Source: Octopus sinensis (Eukaryota). From it: 64,000 bases of DNA. Under the pieces are notes generated by a model, which did no database searches, was not told the DNA's origin, and was given only the letters and a program-made list of their open reading frames with translations. The translations under genes were made by a program, and so were the position numbers. Shown here piece after piece: positions 63,689 through 64,000 of the stretch. Position 1 is the stretch's first letter; every line of letters begins with the position of its first letter. Where the stretch lies: positions 25,854,001-25,918,000 of the forward strand of contig NC_043001.1 of the NCBI RefSeq assembly GCF_006345805.1, given 5' to 3'.

Positions 63689-64000
63689 TATTAATTTTGT
63701 GCAGTGGGTAAATGAAATTTGAAAATTTTCTTTAGAATCTTCTATTGGATTGATACAAAAGAAATAGTTATTGCTGTGAGAGCTAATGGACTCATTTGGA
63801 CCATCAATACCTACCACTGACTATGAAGTGGAACCGAACCTGTGATAAAAGTTATTTTGCATATGGATGTTTTAAAAGGAATAACCGATTCTCTAAGATA
63901 ATTTGTGTGTGTACAAGTCTGTGTTTAAATACACATGCATTCAAGAATATATTTATATCTCTTCTTTTAATTACCTGTTTGTGAATGTCAAGGAAATTAT

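Overview
AT-rich, intron-rich eukaryotic DNA, probably from an octopus or other coleoid cephalopod (inferred from the microsatellite load and the SINE/LINE families, not from a database search). Two spliced protein-coding genes lie on the + strand. (1) The 3' part of a gene for a protein with one PLAT/LH2 domain flanked by acidic, Ser-rich low-complexity segments (exons about 2882-27598; its 5' end is upstream of the window). (2) A complete four-coding-exon SPSB3 orthologue (SPRY + SOCS box; 49811-63688, 434 aa). Introns and intergenic DNA are packed with mobile elements: Penelope-like retroelements, RTE, CR1, L1/Tx1 and R4/Dong-like LINE fragments, three abundant SINE-type families, mariner and Tc1 relics, piggyBac-, Merlin- and Helentron-type MITEs, and a solo LTR. 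The most notable non-coding signals are a minimal type-I hammerhead ribozyme fold (34288-34330), a spacerless ~158-bp palindrome carrying a hammerhead-like motif on each strand (54743-54900), and SINE 3' tails that match LINE 3' ends present in the same window (Tx1/L1 and RTE). Ends of degraded repeats are approximate.
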